From positions 1 through 23,105 of the forward strand of contig JAFWDK010000021.1 in NCBI GenBank assembly GCA_017513085.1: a stretch of 23,105 nucleotides of DNA. The letters are read 5' to 3'. The position numbers were made by a program, and so were the translations under genes. The notes beneath the pieces were generated by a model. It did not search any database, was not told where the DNA came from, and was given only the letters and a program-made list of their open reading frames with translations. Shown here piece after piece: positions 17,481 through 23,105 of this stretch (within the stretch, counting starts at the first letter, position 1; every line of letters begins with the position of its first letter). The stretch comes from Clostridiales bacterium. GTDB taxonomy: Bacteria; Bacillota; Clostridia; Saccharofermentanales; Saccharofermentanaceae.

Positions 17481-17894
17481 ATGCTCGAACGTAATTGTGC
17501 AGGAGGCATCGTTTTTTTCGGGGATTCGGTTTTGCTTCTGATGAATGAAAAAGCAGAATGGTGTTTCCCGAAGGGTGTGATCCGGACAGTGGAAAAGCCT
17601 GAGGAAGTGGCACTGGAAAGAGTGTCTTTTGAAGCAGGTGTGGAAGCGAAGATCCTTTTCCCGGTAGGACGGACGAACTACGAGTTTTACTCTATCACCA
17701 GACAGAAACCGGTATGCAACAAGATCGTCTGGTATGTTATGCGGGCGGAAAAAGACACGGTTACTCCGAACCCCGCACAGAATTTTTCCGACGGTGGTTT
17801 TTTTCCGATCGATCAGGCTCTGGAGATGGTTACCTACAGTCAGGATCGTTCTCTGCTCATGATGGCCTACCAGAGATATAAGGAGCTTGTGTAA
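17481..17894 (+). CDS. NUDIX-fold protein
   Basis: AGGIVF...VLLL...WCFPKG...E...EVALERVSFEAGV. Start ATG 17481 with GAGGTG RBS. Confidence 0.85.
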   Translation: MLERNCAGGIVFFGDSVLLLMNEKAEWCFPKGVIRTVEKPEEVALERVSFEAGVEAKILFPVGRTNYEFYSITRQKPVCNKIVWYVMRAEKDTVTPNPAQNFSDGGFFPIDQALEMVTYSQDRSLLMMAYQRYKELV

Positions 17895-18524
17895 TTGCAA
17901 CGGCAGAGTTGGAAAACAATAGAGAAAGTTTCCCGTATTGAATATGAAGTAAAAAAATCCGTTTTCATTGCTTCTTGCGCACCTGTGACAAGCGGGGAAG
18001 AAGCAACGGATTTTCTGCGCGCGGTTAAGAAAGAATTTCCCGATGCCCGTCATCATGTGTATGCCTATCGTGTAGGAGGTGAGACGGTTGAGCAGCGTTA
18101 CAGCGATGACGGAGAACCTCAGGGAACAGGTGGTATGCCGGTTCTGGAAGTGCTGAAGCATCAGGAACTGGACGACGTGATCTGTGTGGTGACCAGATAT
18201 TTCGGAGGGATCCTTCTGGGGACCGGAGGATTAACACGTGCGTATTCAACTGCTGCCGTGATGGGAATAGAAGCTGCACACCCATGTCAAATGGAATTGC
18301 GGGAGCTTTTTGATGTGAAAGTGGATTACGCTTTGGCGGAAAAACTGAAATATATGGTGAGCAAGAAAGGGTACATCCTTGGGGATATCCGGTACGAAGA
18401 CAAACCTGTGCTGCCTGTATCCTGCAGAAAAGAAGAGAAGGAATCTTTCCTTGAATTTATCAATGAGGCCACTTCCGCAAGAGCGCTTGTCGAGTATATC
18501 GGAAACAGACAAGTCCGCCTGTAA
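17895..18524 (+). CDS. yigZ: YigZ/IMPACT family protein
   Basis: KKSVFIA, ARHHVYAY, SDDGEPQGTGG, VVTRYFGGILLGTGGLTRAY. Confidence 0.92.
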   Translation: MQRQSWKTIEKVSRIEYEVKKSVFIASCAPVTSGEEATDFLRAVKKEFPDARHHVYAYRVGGETVEQRYSDDGEPQGTGGMPVLEVLKHQELDDVICVVTRYFGGILLGTGGLTRAYSTAAVMGIEAAHPCQMELRELFDVKVDYALAEKLKYMVSKKGYILGDIRYEDKPVLPVSCRKEEKESFLEFINEATSARALVEYIGNRQVRL

Positions 18525-18672
18525 TGATCTACGGAATTATTTTCGGTAAGTAATTTACGCTTTGTTTTCAAAAAGAACGAGAAAACGTATGTAATGGCAA
18601 GTATGATGATAATGTATTTTTTCTCATAGAAGAGACACGACCAGGTAATATCGCATCAGACGAGGACGTATT

Positions 18673-20589
18673 ATGAAAAGAAAAATCGCAGCTTTTGCAA
18701 ATGGATGGAGCGACGAGTATCTGTTGGTTGCTTTGGAAGGAATAAAGAAATGCGCACGCGAAGAAAATGTGGATGTGTATTTTTTTATCGATTATTCTTC
18801 CAATAACAGGCAAGATGCCAACGTTCAAGGTGAGGTCAATATCCTGAATCTTGCGAGACTTCAGGATTTTGACGGCGTGCTTCTTTTGGGAAATACACTC
18901 AACAATGCGGGAGAACTGGACATCCTTCGGGAAAGGATCCTGAAAGCAGACATTCCTGCGGTTTGCCTGGAGTATAAGATTGATGACATAGATTGCATCT
19001 GTACTGACAATTACAGCGGCATGCGTGAGTTGTGCGAGCATGTGATCTCAGAACATGGCGTGAAACGTATTGTGTATATTTCCGGCATGAGCGGAAACGA
19101 AGAGAATGAAGAAAGACTTCGGGCTCTCAGAGATGTGCTTTATGAGCATCGCCTGACATTGAATGATGACGACATTATTCCTGGAGAATGGAGTTTTTAC
19201 GCGATCCAGCAGATTCTTCCTCAATGGTTGGAGACCCATATTCTTCCGGATGCGTTTATTTGCGCCAACGATGTTATGGCATTGGGCGCGATGACCATCT
19301 TGTTTAAGATGGGTTATGATATGCCACGGGATGTGATCGTAACAGGATTCGACAATATCACTTCGTCGGCCACGTTTGTTCCGGCGCTTTCTACCGTGGA
19401 CCGTCAGTGGACGGACAGAAGTTATGATGGAATGAAGCACCTTATCGGGCTTATGGATGGTAAGCCGAAGCAAGGCATGATTTCTTTTCCGTCGAGAAAA
19501 CAGGTCCGTGAAAGCTGCGGATGTGAGATCTCTGCCGATCTGAGAATGAAACAGCTCCGTACCATCAATCGGGTATATACGGCCCCCATTGAGAGAACGC
19601 TGTTTGACTGGCACCTTACAGGTCTGGACGAGGCGACGACAGGAATGAACACTCTGGAAGCTGTCCACGACAGTATGGCCAGATTCTTCGGTGATGGTGT
19701 GTCGAAATATGAAGGAGACACATTCTGTATCTGCCTGGATGAAAACTTTGTGGAGTCGATCTACCAATCAGTGGAACCCAGATGCTTAGGATACAGCGAA
19801 CAGATGCATGTTCTCTATGGAAAGCGAGACGGCAAACACCTTCCTTACCAGAAGATCAAGACATCCTATATCTTTCCGGTCTTTTCTGCTCCGAACGAGC
19901 CGGCGAATATATATTTTATTGCTCCGCTTCATAATTTCAGCAGCGTTATCGGCTACGCCGTTTTCAAAAATTTCAGCAACGTGCTGGAGACTTTTTTTCT
20001 TTATTCCTGGCTCAGGCATCTTAAGACAGGACTTCTCCGATGCCGTCAGAATATTATCATGGGCGACATGAATGAGAAGTTAAAAGAGGTCTCGATGATG
20101 GATGAACTCTCCGGCCTTCTTAATCGAAAAGGATATGAGCGAAAAGGCATCCCGCTTCTGGAAAAGATCAAGAGTGAGAAGAAGACGGCCATGATGATGG
20201 TAGTGGACATCAATCATATGAAGAGGATCAATGACCGGTACGGACATCTTCAAGGAGACCTGGCCATCCGTCTTGTCGCAAAAGCCATCAAGGAATCTGT
20301 CCCGGAGAGCTGGTATGGTATCCGTTATGGTGGAGATGAATTTGTTGTGATCGGTGAGAAAGTCTTTGTGGATGATGGAACGATCCTGAAGAGGCATCTA
20401 TGTGCTGCCGTGGAGAATGAGGCAAAAGCGCTGATGCTGCCGTTTGCTCTGAGCGTCAGTGTTGGATCGGTACTGGTGGAGCCGGATAAGAATGTTGCGC
20501 TTGACGAGTACTTCAGCATGGCCGATACCGCCATGTATGAGATGAAAAAGAAGATCCACGAGGAAGAGCAGATGAACGAAGAAGTTTGA
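18673..20589 (+). CDS. Diguanylate cyclase with N-terminal LacI/periplasmic-binding-protein-like sensor domain
   Basis: DNYSGM, DAFICANDVMALG, VTGFD, LSTV, RESCGC; then DELSGLLNRKG, DINHMKRINDRYGHLQGD, RYGGDEF. Confidence 0.9.
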   Translation: MKRKIAAFANGWSDEYLLVALEGIKKCAREENVDVYFFIDYSSNNRQDANVQGEVNILNLARLQDFDGVLLLGNTLNNAGELDILRERILKADIPAVCLEYKIDDIDCICTDNYSGMRELCEHVISEHGVKRIVYISGMSGNEENEERLRALRDVLYEHRLTLNDDDIIPGEWSFYAIQQILPQWLETHILPDAFICANDVMALGAMTILFKMGYDMPRDVIVTGFDNITSSATFVPALSTVDRQWTDRSYDGMKHLIGLMDGKPKQGMISFPSRKQVRESCGCEISADLRMKQLRTINRVYTAPIERTLFDWHLTGLDEATTGMNTLEAVHDSMARFFGDGVSKYEGDTFCICLDENFVESIYQSVEPRCLGYSEQMHVLYGKRDGKHLPYQKIKTSYIFPVFSAPNEPANIYFIAPLHNFSSVIGYAVFKNFSNVLETFFLYSWLRHLKTGLLRCRQNIIMGDMNEKLKEVSMMDELSGLLNRKGYERKGIPLLEKIKSEKKTAMMMVVDINHMKRINDRYGHLQGDLAIRLVAKAIKESVPESWYGIRYGGDEFVVIGEKVFVDDGTILKRHLCAAVENEAKALMLPFALSVSVGSVLVEPDKNVALDEYFSMADTAMYEMKKKIHEEEQMNEEV

Positions 20590-21741
20590 TCAGGTTTCTT
20601 CTTTGGATCCGGCTTTGTCTTGGTGCGCATCCTTCGGGTGCGCATTTTTTTTGAAAAGCGAAAGGATCGCCTGGGCCACAAGATCAGAAACCACGGAAAA
20701 TGACAGGCAGATCAGAATGCCCCAGATCAGGACAAGGATCGGGTTTCTCGGAGCATAAAGGACTCTCTTGGTATAGCGGCTGAGGGCGCCGAAAAACATA
20801 CAGTGCCAAAACCACATATAGACAGAATACTTACCGAGTATTTCGAAAACACGGATCGCCTTCTTGTTTTCAAGAAAAGACAGTAGTTCGACCAGACAGA
20901 AAATGAAGACGGGAATGTAAAATGCATATCCGTTAATGGCAAGTCCGAATGTGAATCTTCCCACATGGAATAGTTCAACGAAATCAAAATAGAATAGATA
21001 AGGAGCCATAAAAGACGCGCCGAGCAGTACGATCAGGAGCAAGGCACGGAGAAAAGAAGGGACCTTGTCCAATTGCTTCTTGACTCGGGAATAAAGATCG
21101 GATCCGGCGATGGCATATCCCATAACGGTCGGAAACAAAGTGATCCAACAGTTCGAAACAATGGTCTTAAAAGATAGCAGGTCATTGCTGATAAGCGCGT
21201 ATATCGGACTGAAGAGAAAGTTGAACGCCAGAAAAAGCAACAAAAGAAGAAGCCAAGTTTTGTTGCGGAAGAGCTTCACCATCAACGGAAGGAAAAGCAT
21301 GATGAAAAGGTAGAAATATACATACCAGGCAAAACACATGACGTTTCCCTGTAACCCGAACAATTCCAAAATGATGTTGGAAAAGGACGCCTGATATACT
21401 CCGCTTACCACGGCAAGAGCTAAAAGAGGAAAGGCAATCACCCAGTAGCGTATAAGTAAGTTCCCACAGCTTTTTAAGGAGCTTTCAAAGGACTTCTTTT
21501 TGCTGAAAAAATACATATATCCGGTAATAAAAGCAAAGATCGCCACACAGCTTTTCGTCGGAGCTGTGAAGTATTTTTCGAAATCTGCGGCCCACGCGTA
21601 AGGGTGGTCAGAGGGAAGATATCTCTGGATCGAGAAAAAGTGATGGATGAACATGAGGATGATAGCGACCGATTTCAAAATACCGGTCATCTTTTTGCTC
21701 CAGAACGGACGTTTTTCAATTGTAGTCGTGTTATTTTCCAT
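20590..21741 (-). CDS. Acyltransferase family 3 (OafA-like) membrane protein
   Basis: LKSVAIILMFIHH, VAIFAFITGY, WYV..Y, LGKYSVYMWFWH; about 10 hydrophobic segments. Start reassigned to ATG 21741 to avoid overlap with rlmD. Confidence 0.85.
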   Translation of the reverse strand: MENNTTTIEKRPFWSKKMTGILKSVAIILMFIHHFFSIQRYLPSDHPYAWAADFEKYFTAPTKSCVAIFAFITGYMYFFSKKKSFESSLKSCGNLLIRYWVIAFPLLALAVVSGVYQASFSNIILELFGLQGNVMCFAWYVYFYLFIMLFLPLMVKLFRNKTWLLLLLLFLAFNFLFSPIYALISNDLLSFKTIVSNCWITLFPTVMGYAIAGSDLYSRVKKQLDKVPSFLRALLLIVLLGASFMAPYLFYFDFVELFHVGRFTFGLAINGYAFYIPVFIFCLVELLSFLENKKAIRVFEILGKYSVYMWFWHCMFFGALSRYTKRVLYAPRNPILVLIWGILICLSFSVVSDLVAQAILSLFKKNAHPKDAHQDKAGSKEET

Positions 21742-21807
21742 TCGCGCCTTTCTCTTTCTGTTCGTCTTTTGTATCATACAACACAGAGAGGTTTCTTGAA
21801 AAGGATT

Positions 21808-21816
21808 TGTTATAAT
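21808..21816 (+). promoter_or_regulatory. Extended -10 for rlmD
   Basis: TGtTATAAT, followed by an AAGGAG RBS upstream of 21852. Confidence 0.55.
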
Positions 21817-21851
21817 GAGAACATACTTATATACAAGGAGAAAGAGACCGC

Positions 21852-23081
21852 ATGATGACGTGTCCGGTAACAAAAACCTGTGGCGGATGTGAATACATAT
21901 CCCAGGAATATAAGAAGCAACTTGAGACAAAAGAGAAACGAGTCCGTGATCTGCTTTCTTCACTTTGCCCGGTCCGTCCTGCCGTCGGTGCAGATGATCC
22001 ATACTTTTACCGCAACAAAGTCCACTGGGCGTTCGGACACCAAGGGCCACATCTGATTGCCGGCCGTTATGCGGAGGGATCACACAAGATCATCGAGAAT
22101 GACCACTGTCTTTTGGAAGATAAGGAGTGTGCAGAGATCCTTTCCGATATCAGAGATCTGGCCATAAAATTCAAGATGCAGGCATATGATGAGCGGACGA
22201 AGCGTGGACTTTTGCGACGGGTCCTCGTACGGAAGGGCATGGCCACCGGTGAAGTGATGGTGGTCCTTGTGCTGGCATCTCCGATTTTTCCCGGTAAGAA
22301 AGGTTTTATCAAGTCTCTGCTTGAGAAGCACCCGTCCGTCAAGACGATGCTGATCAACATAAATACCCGTACTGATTCCATGATCCTCGGAGACAAGACT
22401 ATCTGCGAATTCGGAAGGGGGTCTATCCGGGACGGACTTCTTGGTGTGAAGTTCAAGATCTCTCCCGAGTCCTTCTACCAGATCAATCACGATCAGACGG
22501 AGAAACTCTATTCTCTGGCAATTGAAGCTGCCGGCCTTCAATCAGGAGAGAAGATCCTCGATGCATATTGCGGGATCGGCACGATCGGGTTATGCGCGGC
22601 TTCTTCCTGCAAGGACATTCGGCTTACCGGTGTGGAATTGAATCGCGCGGCAATCGCTGATGCGAAGGAAAATGCCAAAATGAACGGCATGGAAAAGACG
22701 CGTTTCATAGCGGCAGATGCTACGAAATACATGATGGATGCCGCTGCGCGGAAAGAATCGTATGATGTGGTTTTCCTCGATCCGCCAAGATCCGGAACCA
22801 CGCCCGAGTTCATTTCTGCATGTGAGAAACTTTCCCCTAAAAGGATCGTCTATGTTTCCTGCGATCCGGAAACTCTCGCTCGTGATCTCAAAGAATTCAA
22901 AAAAAGAGGGTATGATCCGCAATACGCGATTCCTGTGGATATGTTTCCTTTTACGAGCCATGTTGAGACTGTGTGCCTCTTGAGCAACCGAAAACCAGAT
23001 GCGAGAGTAAAGATCGATGTGGATCTGGAAGATTACTACCGTATCAAGGACGAACAGAAAAAGAATAAAGCCTCAGAATAA
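21852..23081 (+). CDS. rlmD: 23S rRNA (uracil-C5)-methyltransferase RlmD/RumA family
   Basis: CP...CGGC Fe-S motif, YRNK, SFYQIN, LDAYCGIGTIG, DPPRSG, YVSCDPETLARD, DMFPFTSHVETV. No N-terminal TRAM domain visible. Confidence 0.92.
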   Translation: MMTCPVTKTCGGCEYISQEYKKQLETKEKRVRDLLSSLCPVRPAVGADDPYFYRNKVHWAFGHQGPHLIAGRYAEGSHKIIENDHCLLEDKECAEILSDIRDLAIKFKMQAYDERTKRGLLRRVLVRKGMATGEVMVVLVLASPIFPGKKGFIKSLLEKHPSVKTMLININTRTDSMILGDKTICEFGRGSIRDGLLGVKFKISPESFYQINHDQTEKLYSLAIEAAGLQSGEKILDAYCGIGTIGLCAASSCKDIRLTGVELNRAAIADAKENAKMNGMEKTRFIAADATKYMMDAAARKESYDVVFLDPPRSGTTPEFISACEKLSPKRIVYVSCDPETLARDLKEFKKRGYDPQYAIPVDMFPFTSHVETVCLLSNRKPDARVKIDVDLEDYYRIKDEQKKNKASE

Positions 23082-23105
23082 AATAAAACACCGAACTTAA
23101 AGCGA

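Noticed and set aside
21742-22083. Long N-terminal extensions in the ORF track (acyltransferase here; also trkA, rnfD, rnfE, NUDIX)
   Set aside because: They overlap neighbouring genes or promoters; downstream ATGs fit RBS position and family length better.
1-23105. CRISPR array, tRNA/rRNA, IS elements, and the many antisense or shadow ORFs
   Set aside because: No regularly spaced repeats, cloverleafs or transposase seen; shadow ORFs lie opposite or within well-supported genes and show no motifs.

Overview
Chromosomal segment from a Firmicute (Clostridia-like gene content and order), mostly housekeeping. Order: dnaD-like, dnaC-like, acpS and a membrane-anchored SH3/NlpC-P60 protein on +; then on - a stand-alone reverse transcriptase, trkH/trkA, a GNAT-aldo/keto reductase fusion, rpmB, a complete rnfCDGEAB operon and a DUF4015-type glycoside hydrolase; then NUDIX, yigZ and a LacI-type sensor/GGDEF cyclase (+), an acyltransferase-3 (-) and rlmD (+). 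The most interesting feature is the 402-aa RT (4204-5412, YSDD, group II-like, with an unusual GAMAG motif). It has no room for an intron RNA, no retron or DGR motifs and no effector gene. It is preceded by a predicted promoter and a roughly 230-nt, strongly base-paired leader: a 12-bp closing inverted repeat around four hairpins, plus a 5' hairpin. This looks like a two-part RT + ncRNA system. A second unexplained structured element at 161-301 shares an exact 13-mer and other short motifs with that leader. The rlmD 3' end looks like a mobile-element integration junction. All assignments come from motif recognition by eye; no database searches or folding programs were run.
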